This document shows, piece after piece, positions 1-11,843 of a stretch of DNA of 64,000 nt (its first letter is position 1; the number at the start of each line of letters is the position of its first letter). A program made the position numbers and the translations under genes. Where the stretch lies: the NCBI GenBank assembly GCA_030390025.1, contig CM059432.1:49664001-49728000 (forward strand), written 5' to 3'. Origin of the DNA: Squalus acanthias (taxonomy: Eukaryota). The notes below the pieces were generated by a model that made no database searches, was not told the DNA's origin, and worked only from the letters and a program-made list of their open reading frames with translations.

Positions 1-689
1 AGTTTCTGTTAATGTGGTGTCAAACATTGAAATCTTTATTTTCAACACTTTGCGTTCTTGGACAGATTTGTGTGCACCTTTGGAAGTGGCTTAGTGAGTT
101 GCAGTGAATGGTGAGACATAACGGTACCCCCCGCAATAGCGATGAGTGTGGAAGGAATAGCTTGGGCATTGTAGGGATGCTTTATGGCTGGTGCCAACCT
201 GGCGCATCATGTGGCAGTCAGGGTGTGCAGCACCAAGTGAAGTAAATCTGGCCATGGTGAGGCCATCCCTGGTCTCCCGGGCAGCAATGTGGTCGGGTGC
301 TGATTCCCTGCGTCCTGTGCAGCATCAGTTGATTGCAGAGAAGGTTGGTGTTGTTGGTACTGCTGGTGTGCCTGGTGCTGCTGGTGTTCGGGCTGATCGT
401 GGTGGGATTCTGAGGACCAAGGTGAGATAGTTTCAAGGGCACCGATGCTGATGTGATAGATGGCAGGTGCAGTTGAGATGACAGAAGCGATCTGTCAATG
501 GTGAGAGAGGTTGTTCCAATGAGGTGACACTGGATACAGAGTTTACTCCAAACACTTGCAACCTGCATAAATCTGTCTTCCAAATGCAGTAAGCAACAGC
601 TTCTGAGCTTGGAAAGTGAACAGCTGTGAGATGGGAGCTTTTATATCACATTTGCAACTGTCAAGTAAAGAGATGATTTCATGGTAACA

Positions 690-748
690 CAATGGACCGA
701 AGGGTCTCTTTCTGTGCTGTATAACTCTATGACTCTATGAATCTATAA
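690..748 (+). mobile_element. Short CR1 3'-tail fragment
   Basis: atggaccgaagggtctctttctgtgctgtataactctatgactctatg resembles the CR1 3' end at 58690-58747. It is absent from the sister element near 43200. Confidence 0.6.
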
Positions 749-1616
749 CTCCCGACCTGCTTACCTGACATGATCCCCAGGCAGCGTAGACCCCATGCGC
801 GACCTCGTAAAATGGTAAGGTGAGCTCAAAATACTTTTTAAGTGGCTCTTAACAAGGTCATAATGACCTAAATTGCCTCCCCCGCCGCTGCATGTCGGGT
901 CTGTTGTACATTGACAGACATGACATCTGGGAAAGTCACATGGTGGCGAGTTGACAGCGGGTTCCCGTGTGAAGGAATAAGCCATATTCAGAAAAATACA
1001 CCATTCTATGAAATAATTCTGGCCTTTGTAACATGACAAACTGGGCTTGAAAATCTAAAAACCTAACAATGGAAAAGCTGTAAACAGCATGCAGGCTATT
1101 GAGATAAGATAAGTTGTTGACACTGAATCAATAGCCTTATTGAAACAGGAGGTTGGAGGTTCCTGAAAGTCTGCAGCATTGGAAAAAACACAATGGTACA
1201 CCTAGTTAAGGTGTTTTAAAGTACATTTCATAAATAGGCATATAAAAGAAGAAACATATGCCTTCGTAAAAATGACATCAAGTAAAAGAAACACCTGCCG
1301 TCAAATCGTTTTTATGTTAAACTTGGAACACCTACGGAGGGGAGACACGAGTCTGTGTTACAACCAACTGAGGTGATTAAGAATTGCATAGATCATCCTA
1401 GTTAAGGTGTTCTAAATGCAAAAGATACAAACAGAAGACCTTGGTAAGAATGACATCAAATAGATGCACCTGCTCCACACCATTTTTTATGATAAGCTTC
1501 GAACACCTAAAGGTAGAGACACGATTCTTAATGCTACCAGCTGAACTGACTGTAAGAATAGCAGGGGTCAACAGAAAAATGACTAGAGATAATTAGCTTA
1601 CATCAGCAGAAAACTT

Positions 1617-4560
1617 CATAAGAACATAAGAAATAGGAGCAGGAGTAGGCCAATTGGCCCCTCGAGCCTGCTCCGCCATTCAATAAGATCATGGCTGATC
1701 TGATCCTAACCACCAATCTACTATCACAGAACCATCTCCTGAACCTAACAGAATTAGACACACGAAATAGGAGCAGGATCAGGCTACATGGCCCCTGGGC
1801 CCGCTGCACTACCCACAGGGCCATGACCAATCCAAACCTAGACTCATGTCCAAATTCCTGCCCATTCCCCGTAACCCTTAATTCCCTTTAATTCTAGGAA
1901 ACAGTCTATTTATGTTTTAAATTTATGTAATGATGTAGCTTCTACAGCTTTTTGGGGCAGCATATTCCATGGACCTACCACCCTCTGAGTGAAGTAGTTT
2001 CTTCTCATCTCAGTTTTGAAAGAGCAGCCCCTTATTCTAAGACTATGCCCCATAGTTCTAGTTTCACCCATCATCGGGAACATCCTCCCCGCATCCACCC
2101 AATCCAACCCCTTCACAATCTTATATGTTTCAATAAGATCGCCTCTCATTCTTCTGAACTCCAATGAGTAGAGTCCCAATCTACCCAACCTCTCCTCATA
2201 TGTCCATCCTCTCATCCCCAGGATTAACCGAGTAAACCTTCTCTGTACTGACTCGAGAGCAAGTATGTCTTTTCTTAAGCATGGACACCAAAACTGTATG
2301 TAGTATTCCAGGTGCGGTCTCACCAATACCTTGTACAACTGAAGCAATACCTCCCTATTTTTATATTCTATCCCCCTAGCAATGAAAGCCAACATTCCAT
2401 TGGCCTTCTTAATCACTTGCTGCACCTACATACTAACCTTTTGAGTTTCGTGCACCAGGACCCCCAGATCCCTTTGTACTTCAGTACTTTCCAGTTTCTT
2501 GCCATTTAGATAATAACTTGGTCTACTATTTTTCCTGCCAAAGTGCATAACCTCACACTTTCCAGTATTGTATTCCATCTGCCAAATCTCTGCCCACTTA
2601 CTTAGCCTGTCTATGTCCCCTTGCAGATTTTTTATGTCCTCCTCACTCACTACTTTCCCTCCCATCTTAGTATCATCTGCAAACTTTGATATGTTACACT
2701 CGGTCCCCTCCTCCAAATCGTTAATATAGATTGTAAAGAGTTGGGGACCCAGAACTGACCCCTGCGGAACACCACTAGTTACTGATTGCCAGTCTGAGAA
2801 TGAACCATTTATCCCAACTCTCTGCCTTCTGTTAGATAGCCAATCCTCTATCCATGCCAGAATATTACCCCCAATCCCGTGATTTTTTATTTTAAGCAAT
2901 AATCTTTTGTGTGGCACCTTGTCAAATGCCTTTTGGAAGTCTAAATACACCACATCCACTGGTTCCCCTTTATCCACCCTGTATGTTACTTCCTCAAAGA
3001 ACTCCAGCAAATTTGTCAAACATGACTTCCCCTTCATAAAACCATGCTGACTTTGTCCTATTAAATTATGATTATCCAAATGTCCCGTTACTGTCTCCTT
3101 AATAATGGACTCCAAAATTTTACCTACCACAGATGTTAGGCTAACCGGTCTATAGTTTCCAGCCTTCTGTCTACTGCCCTTTTTAAATAAGGGTGTTACA
3201 TTAGCAGTTTTCCAGTCTGCCGGGATCTTTGCTGATTCCAGGGAGTTTTGGAAAATTATTACCAATGCATCCACAATCCCTACCGCCACTTCCCTCAAGA
3301 CCCTAGGATGTAAGCCAGCAGGTCCAGGTGATTTATCCGCCTTGAGTCCCATTATTTTACCGAGTACCACTTCTTTAGTGATTTTGATCGTGTTTAGCTC
3401 CTCCCCCCCTATAGCCCCCTGTTTGTCCAGTGTTGGGATATTCTTAGTGTCCTCTACTGTAAAGACTAATACAAAATATCCATTCAGTGTATTTGCCATC
3501 TCCATATTTCCCACCATTAATTTCCCGGTCTCATCCTCTAAGGGACCAACATTTACTTTAGCCACCCTTTTTCTTTTTATATAGCTATAAAAACACTTAC
3601 TATTTGTTTTTATATTTTTTGCCAATTTACTTTCATAATCTATCTTCCCTTTCTTAATCAATCTTTTTGTTATTTTTTGCTGTCTTTTAAAGTTTTCCCA
3701 ATCCTCTATCCTCCCACTAGATTTGGCTACCTTAAAAGCCCTTGTTTTTAGTCGAATACTATCCTTAATTTCTTTACTTAGCCACGGATGACTGTCTTTT
3801 CTTTTACACCCTTTTCTTCTCAGTGGAATATATTTTTTTTGGAAGTTGTAAAATAACTCCTTAAATGTACACAACTGATCATGTATCATCTTACCCTTTA
3901 ATCTATTTTCCCAATCCTCTCTACTCAATTCCGCTCGCATACCTTCATAGTCTCCTTTATTCAAGCTTAGCACGCTTGTTTGAGATCCAACCTTCTCACC
4001 CTCTAATTGAATATGGAATTCAACCATGTTATGGTCACTCATTCCAAGGGGATCCTTTACTAGGACATTTTTAATTAATCCTGTCTCATTACACAGGACC
4101 AGATCTAAGGTTGCTTGCCCCCTGGTCGGTTCAGTTACATACTGCTCAAGAAACCCATCCCTAATACACTCAATGAACTCATCCTCAAGGCAGCCCTGCC
4201 CAATTTGATTTGTCCAATTAATATGATAGTTAAAATCCCCCATAATTATAGATGTTCCCTTATTACAAGCCTCAACTATTTCCCGATTGATACTCTGTCC
4301 AACAGAGTTGCAACTATTCGGAGGCCTATAGACTACGCCCACTAGTGTTTTTTTCCCCTTATTATTCCTTATCTCCACCCAAACTGTTTCATTATCCTGA
4401 TCTTTTGACCCAATATCATTTCTCTGTATTACAGTGATTCCTTCCTTTATTAACATAGCCACCCCACCTCCCCTTCCTTCCTGCCTGTCCTTCCTGATCA
4501 TTAAATAACCTGGTATGTTTAATTCCCAGGCATTGTCACCCTGCAGCCATGTTTCTGTAA
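1617..4560 (-). mobile_element. CR1 LINE, 5'-truncated within the endonuclease, young
   Basis: ORF2 carries APE motifs (TETW, GDFN, SDH) and RT motifs (GVPQGSVLGP, FADD). The 3' stem-loop and microsatellite tail (+ strand cataagaacataagaa) start at ~1617. Confidence 0.95.
1845..4560 (-). pseudogene. CR1 ORF2 (APE endonuclease-reverse transcriptase) with two nonsense changes
   Basis: The 716-aa and 171-aa ORFs are in the same frame, separated by one TAG at 2426-2428. A second stop at 1910 reads GAA in the sister copy at ~23596. Confidence 0.9.
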
Positions 4561-5283
4561 GGAAATACCACTGCAAAAGGGTATAAAAATTGAACTTTCA
4601 AATGGGATGATAGATTCGCTGTAAAGGGGCAAAGCGATTCTCAGCTTCAGAGGCAAGCTCTGTAAGTCTACAACTTTTTGTATCTCGGGGATCAAGGTAC
4701 TTGTATTTGATTTTGGTGGATATCCTGGAATAAGACTAAGAAATGTAAAAATGTAACGAAGTTAAGATTTGAGAATAAGGATCTCTGATAATAGAATTGT
4801 AAGATTTCTGTTTTTGGAACTGTTAATGTTGCGATTGAATCACCAACTGTAAATTACATGTTGGATCTTTAATAAATCTATATATTTTTAGAATTGTCTC
4901 ACATAATACTTCTGTATCAAACTCGCGAACTCAATCTCTGTACACTCTTTGGTGAGGAGTTGCAGAATTCTGAGGGAGTTTTCTGGACCCTCATAATATC
5001 CGGAATGTTACAGTCTAGCTAAACTTATTAAAAGTGCTATCTGGAGGACGGTAACATCTTCAGGTTGTTCCTTTCCTTTAGGGAGAGATAGTCTGGACCT
5101 TTAGACCCAATTAAGCATCTTTTGGATTCGGCTACCTCAAACTTTAGTTGAAAGTGAATGTCTGGGGTAGCCCTAAAGGGGCTGGGACTAGTAATTATCC
5201 CTTCACCCGAACTGCTGTCAAAAAAAAAATCCCATCTGACCCACCACCAAACGCGCCTGCTGTCTCCCTGAAAAATTCTCCCC

Positions 5284-5850
5284 AATAAGGAAGAGGAAGT
5301 AGTGATTAAACTTTATAGTGCTCTAGCCCTTGAATACTGTCCCCAGTTCTGGTTGCCAAGAAACAATGGAGACGTTGAAGAACTGATGGCTGTGCAGAGA
5401 AGAGCCACAAGGTTGATCCCCAGTGTCCAATGTGTAAGATTTAAGGAAAGACTGGAGAAACTTGGACATTTCATCTTGCAAGGTCAATAACTGAGATGTG
5501 ATCTTCTAGAGCAATTTAAGATTAAAGGTATAAACAAAGCTAACCCAGAATATTACTTTAAATTAAACTGCAGGAGTAGAACAAGTGGACATAGCTTCAG
5601 ACTAGTTTTGGGTATTTTAATGACAGATGTCAGGAAATTCTTTTTCACACAAGGAGTGATCAACATGTGGAAGGAGTGATCAACATGTGGAATGAATACC
5701 CAGGTAGAGTAGTGGAGGCACAAACTTTGGAATTAATTATGAAAGAATTGGCTGCTACAATGGAAGGATGTACTTCGGACCTCTCTGGATGAATGAATTA
5801 AGATGGGTTAAATGGCCTTTCTCATCAATAATTATTTTGTGATCTTGTGA
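5284..5850 (+). mobile_element. Old CR1 3' fragment
   Basis: Degenerate LEYCPQFW...QRRATRLIP...ERLEKLG, ending in a tgtgatct tail like that at ~24000. Confidence 0.8.
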
Positions 5851-6352
5851 AATAAGCCTTGTCACAAAAGGGAGGGGTATTTGGTGACACAGTACTGAAC
5901 AACTCCTCCATCACTCAGAGACTAGCCCCATTCCACAACTTCTGAACCAGCAAAACCAGCAAAAAAGCCAGAAAAAGGTCCTTTTGTGACACTATCAGTC
6001 TGTCACTTTAAGATGGATAGCACCTAAATAGCACATCAGGAAGCAGCAGTCCCAGGTTTTAATGGGGGGCAGTTTGCCTCTGATTAGAGGAAATCTGGGG
6101 GCAGATTTATTTGCCATCCATTTGCGTATAATTCCTATGCCCTCTTAGAAGCAGACACCGGAAAAGCCACACAGAGTTTCAGTGGCAGTGCAATTTAGTT
6201 GCAAAACTGGGGTAAGGATTAGCTCTCACTTTTTCCTCTGTATTGTGCCTATAATTTGGGTGCTATTTGGTCACAAAGCAGAGGAAAATCTACCCTTTGG
6301 AGTTTGCGGGAGAGGAAGAGGAGAAACGTAAAATGCTTCTTCAAAAGAAAAT

Positions 6353-6506
6353 GGGGATAATTTTGACTTTGGGTGATAAAGTAAAATGGCCAATATCGGA
6401 TCAGCCGCCAGTTGTATGAAGTCAATTGAAATGAAAATCGGGAGAGTTGTATAACGGGCTGCTGATTTGATACTGGCTGTTTTACACCCAAGTCAAAATT
6501 AACCCC
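6353..6506. mobile_element. MITE (Harbinger-type TIRs), largely self-complementary
   Basis: Left end GGGGATAATTTTGACTTTGGGTG matches the reverse complement of the right end, GGGGTTAATTTTGACTTGGGTG. Imperfect complementarity continues inward. Confidence 0.65.
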
Positions 6507-9345
6507 CCGCCCCCCGCAATCCCCCACCCCTCGCCTCTCAATTTAGAATGAATTGAACGTGTAAGAGTTTTAAAATTACACAGGGAAGGTTGTTAGTTGT
6601 ATAGGAGATCTTAAAGATGGTTACCCTCCCCAGCATGTAAAAACATCTGTGGAGGGAAATCGCTTCTAATTATACAATAATACACATTGATGCACAATGA
6701 TTCTATTAGTACTGTCAAACAAGTCACAATGCAAGCACTTCCTACAGTTTGAGAAATTGATTTTCTATTTCTAACTGTAGTACAAAGAACATGTGGATGG
6801 ATATTCTGAACACATATGTTGATGTGCATGCATCAAACTACAATGAGAAACACAATAAGCAGAATAAGACTATATCTGTGTGTGTGAATGATTTATTTAT
6901 GATATTTCTGTTAATATGTTGGAGTTTGACAGCTCTGATTCGAGTCTTGGCAGCTGAGCTTGAGATCAAGAAATGCCCAGTGAACCATTAGCCCTAACCA
7001 CTTTCCCATCCATCACCCATCAGTGCAAAAGCTATTTTTTTCTTTTTTCTGTGCGCTATAATCAGTTTACTCAGAAAAGTAGAACTTGAAACAATCCATT
7101 GATAAAATATGCGGTGTTCCTCATTTTAATCTGAATACTTTAGAATGTTATGGGGTTCATTTTCAACTAAGCTGGCACCCTTTATAGAACATGTCCAATT
7201 TTTGTTCCGCTCCGTCAGGTTCACGCGAAGTTGAAAATTATCTCCATGTTTCTTAAGCTTGGTTCCTTTTTCCCCTTCCTACCCCTTTTTTCCTCGTCTT
7301 TCCAAGCTTCACACCAATAGCGTCCAAGACAGTGGCCAGTTACTAGCGCCTAGGCCTCCACTAATGTTAAACTTTGGCTCAAGTAAATAATGTATGGGTG
7401 AAACATTTCAACTGCAACACTTCGGTAGAAACAAAATTACCCTATTTATCAAAGTATTCCCATTGAAGGAGCATTATCACCTCAATGGAGACGTTCAGAT
7501 GGGCTCAGCTCAAGGATATTCTGAAAGGGTCCACGCGTTCTTCCCAATGTGATGGTCCGAGGTCCGAACCACTTGCACTCTCGGGCCTCATTGACACTTC
7601 CTCGGTGAGCTGCGAGTGCCAATGGGCGGCCTGCAGCAGCTCACCAGCTTTGTCAGGAGGAAAATCTACTTCACATAGCTGGTCGGCAGGTAACGCCTGT
7701 TGGGGGGCGAGAACGGGTCGGCAGCGGGTCGGAAGATTTTTGGGGAGCCTGGAAGTGCATTCCTGCTTCTCCTGGTCTCACAAAAATCTTCCAAAAAAAG
7801 CAAAGAGCTTGCCTTTTCAGAGCGGTCTTTAGGCATCCCTTTGAGGACTGTCGGTTTGGCCTCTCAATGCCCGGAGAAATGGGACTGGCAGGCGCCATGG
7901 ATGCTTTGTCCATTTCTCCTTGTAAATTGCAATCAGGGTCCTCCAATAGGCGTATGACCCCGATTTGCCTATTTAACTAGGCTCCCGCCTGTTTTGGGTG
8001 GAAGTGTTGGGTGCCCGTTTAAAGGCCTGCGTGAAAGTTGAGTCAGGTGGGCAAATGGGTCCACAAGGACCACACCAGACTTTCAGCTGCTGGTCGCCCG
8101 ATTTTCAGATGAGAAACAGATAGCCAGCAATTGAAAATCTTCCCCAGGATCTCCATTAAAACAATATTTAGCGTACCTTTTGGGTTTGGGGCTGAAGAAC
8201 AGCTAGAAATGCCAAGCACCATTTTTTTCATGATAAGAATGATGTGTTTTGACACAAATGTAGTAACTACTTGGTGTATTTTTAAAACAAATGAAATATG
8301 GATTTGCCAGGCAATTATTTGTGAAAATGGCTGACTTTTAAAGGTACTGTACAGTGTCTCTTGCACCAGTTTCTGCAACTATGAATCATTGATTGTTCCT
8401 CATTTAGTTGGTATTTTGTTAACACTATCTATTCATTTCCTCCTTAAATTCTTCCAGATGGATTGTTAACAGAATTCCGGGTTATCAAATTGCATTGAAA
8501 TCATCAAAATCGCTTTATTGTAATTGGAACCTTTAATAGTGGCTTGAAATTGAAATTCATACAGATAATATTTTAAAAGATAAAAAGTATACTACACGTG
8601 GCCACCAAAATTACTCGGGAATGCAATTCTGGCAGTTACACCGGAATCGTGCCTGTTGGTACCCGGAGCTGCCAGAGTATGCGGAATTGGAGGAGGGCAG
8701 CCAATCAGCATGGGCCCAGAGGGCATGGGCACCTGCACCACTATGGATGCACCTTGGGCATCCACCAACCCATACAGTTGGTAACTCTGGGGCCTGTTGT
8801 TGTCTGGGGAGGAGGGGGGTAGCCAGTGCCCACACCCCAAGGGGAGGATTTACAAGCCCCATTAAATAAAACTTAAATCTACTTTCTCTTTAGGATTTCC
8901 AGCTGCTTCCCTGGCCTGGAACCACCCTCCCGCACACAGTGAACCTTGTGCCCTTCAGGAGGCTGGTATGCCTTATGCCTCCACACTTATGCCAAGTCCC
9001 ACTGAGGCTGGGAAAGTAGAAACTCTCAGAGTAGGAAGTCCCCGCCCTCGGCCTCACCCATTCTGATTACCAGCGAAGTCTCAAACCGGGCATATCCGGG
9101 TCCTGGCCTATTTCCTGGGCCTTCCACTGCACTCCCGCTGAAGTTACATATTTTACGGTCCATTATCTTTTATAACATTAATGGCATCTATTGATTAAGC
9201 GACAGCACAAAATTGGCACCACTTTTGCATTTTGTACTAGAGCACTATTATGCAATGACAGTGGAAGAATGCCAATTCCACCCATCATGTCCCTCAGTTG
9301 ACAATTTCAACTGTTCTGCCATGAAGAGCTGAAATCGGAGAGAAG

Positions 9346-10191
9346 GGGCTGGATTTTCCAAGCCCCGAGGAGGCGGGCATGGAGGCGGGACAGCCGGTAA
9401 ACTTGGAGAAAGTGGGGGCGCATGGCAAAGCCGCCCCCATCCCGCCTCCGTGCCCTTTTGCCAGGAGGCGGGAAGATGTGCAGCTTCGGGTCCCATCTCC
9501 TGGAAGCGGGAAAGGCATTTAATCCTTTTAACTGCCTGTTAACAGGTAGTTAACAGGCAGAAAAAAGGATTAGTGCCATTTTACCTTCACAGGTGAAGGC
9601 TTCACGACCTCGGAGAACCCCGTTGGGTTGGAGGAGACATGGAGGAGGTCTGCGGTGGTCGGAGGCACCTGGAAGTAAGGTGTAGAGGTGGGTGATGGGT
9701 GCAAGTGTGGAGTGGTAAGTATGCAAGGTGAGTGATAAGTTTAAAAAAGTGTTCACTTACCTTGTTTTCTTCATACAGCCTTTAGCCGTGGTGGATCGGG
9801 AGAGCCAACATCCTGCTTGTCAATTTCACAGAATGGCTGTTGGAACCTCCGTTCCAATAGCCATGTGAAATTTAAAAATTTGAAAGGTTTGATGAGTCCT
9901 GAACACAAGGGCTCATCAAACTAAAGAGAATGTCAGTGTTTGACAGCTTCACAGAGCTGTCAAACACTGACATTTCTTCTTTCAAGAAGTCTTGACAGAT
10001 AGCACGTCTGACGTTGACGTGATCTGTCAGTGACTTCCTCCCTAATTGGCCTGCTGAGCCCGCAGGGCGGGCTTAACAAGCTCAATCAGGAGAAAATCCC
10101 TCTGGTTGGTCAGGCGAGGATGGAGGCGGGACATTGACACGACAAGTAGCAGTCCCACCTCCAACTTGCCTCCATTCACAAAATCCAGCCC
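9346..10191. mobile_element. Non-autonomous Harbinger-type element, multi-hairpin family (copy 1)
   Basis: TIRs GGGCTGGATTTT...AAAATCCAGCCC with a 3-bp TSD AAG/AAG. Collinear with 27166-28001. Confidence 0.9.
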
Positions 10192-10857
10192 AAGGTCTTA
10201 CACAGATGAGTATCAAAGATCTCACAGGAGCTGGCTTACAGCAGCATTGATGACATCCTGGAACCTGGATATACTCCCCAGGGAGGGCTGGGTGAAAATA
10301 AATCAATTTGATCCCTTCAAAAAGAACATAAACTTATTCTGTAAATTCTGTGTGTCCATTTGACATTTGCCATCACACAAAACAACATTCATTGAAAGGT
10401 ACAAATGTAATTGCAATAAAGCTCTTTATAGGGGTAATTTTTACTTAATGGATGAAAATTGTGGGGAGTGTGGGCTCAAACACCTGATATATGCTCAGCA
10501 AGTGAAGCTCTGTGCCAGGAGAGTAAATTTCGTAAATCCTTATTACATATTTAGCTAACTTGTCATTATGGTCTAGTCATTGTGATTCTTTTAGATTTAA
10601 TTGGGTAGCTCTACAACTTGTTTAACAGTCAAATCTTCTAGTCTGTGATGGCGACCGGTCATATCTACTAAAACCCCTCAGTACAGCTCAATTCTCTGTG
10701 CTTTTAAACCTGGCAGGATGAACTGATATTACAGAATGAGAATTAGTGCTCATAAACTGTTTTTTTTGTATGATTTCAGTTTCGTTACTCTCTTCATCTG
10801 TTACTACTTGAATTTTATATTAGCATCTATACACTATTACTTTGAGAATAAACATTC

Positions 10858-11731
10858 GGGGGGAATTTTAACCTAAAAAAACGAGTGGGTTAGGAGCAGG
10901 TTGGGTAGTTAAATTGTTAAAAATCGGAATCCCGGCCTGAACCTGCCTCCAATCAGCCCATTTCCGGTATTAACGGAGGCAGGACAGGAGGCGGGTCGGG
11001 AGGCAGGCAGCCAACCTGCTGCCAGGAGGTGAGACGTCAATTTAAATATTATAATGATGCCGGAAGCCTCTTCTTTAACCTACATTTTGTGTTTAACTTT
11101 AGCTGGTCGGGTTTTACACACCACGTAAAACCGTAAAACCCGACAGTTACAGCAAGGCGAGGACTGCTGCATCCAGGAGCTAAGTGCCTTTACACTTACC
11201 TCCTGGAACCAGGATCCATGTCTAAAGCACCCCCCGCGATCAGCGACCACCCCCCCAGGCCTCCGATCAGCTCCCCACCCCGACCGATGATCCTGAGGCC
11301 GGCCTCGATGTTCTCTCCCCCCCCACTGATGATCCTGAGCAGCCCCGATCTTCTCTCACTCCTCCCCCCAATCATCCGGAGGCTGGCCCCGATCCTCCAG
11401 AGGCCGGCCACGATCTTCCTTTCCTCCACCACCCCCGATCCTCCGGCCCCGATCTCCCCCCTCCACCCCCTATCCTCCGGAGGCCGACCCTGGCCCCCAC
11501 ACAATCCCTCCCTCCCTCCCTCCTCTATGCGACCTAGCGCCGCAGGCCTACCCACCCGGAACCAGCGAGCTTTTCAATCTGGCTGGCTGTAGGTGGGAAA
11601 CGGAGGCCTCGCATGTAAATTAGGCCCTGGCGTTAAAGTCGGCAGGGCCTGCGGGAAACCCTTTCTCCCGGGTTTCCCGATTGTCTTGGAGCCCCTTCCC
11701 CCAAATCGCCTTCCCTATTAAAATTCAGCCC
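10858..11731. mobile_element. Non-autonomous Harbinger-type element with a C-rich CGATC repeat core
   Basis: Ends GGGGGGAATTTTAA and TTAAAATTCAGCCC. The left end resembles 39079-39250. Confidence 0.65.
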
Positions 11732-11843
11732 AACTACTGTATAAAATGATTACTTTTTGAAAGTATTCAAATTCTGCAGTGAATCTCCTTACATTATGCT
11801 CTCTTTGGTTTCTAACTCACTTTTAATTTTTCTTAAATGTGTT

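Larger units (their letters stand above)
1027..5012 (+). mobile_element. Solo LTR (~1.05 kb without the CR1 insert), split by a CR1
   Basis: Termini TGTAACA (1027) and TGTTACA (5006-5012). Diverged direct repeat at 1201-1388 and 1397-1563, TATAAAAA at 4582, AATAAA at 4871. The TSD is only degenerate. Confidence 0.65.
1..5283. mobile_element. Non-autonomous PIF/Harbinger derivative (right part), interrupted by nested insertions at ~968-5205
   Basis: 1-965 is collinear with 42515-43425, and 5221-5283 matches 43430-43494, ending in the TIR-like AAAATTCTCCCC. The left end lies outside the window. Confidence 0.75.

Noticed and set aside
5651..5690. 20-bp tandem duplication (similar ones near 26905 and 36424)
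   Set aside because: Ordinary local slippage within old repeats, with no inserted sequence between the copies.
9887..9925. TGATGAGTCC...AAAC as a hammerhead in the hairpin element
   Set aside because: Lacks C3 of the core, and the TGATGAG is itself paired in a simple stem. No stem I or stem III arrangement.
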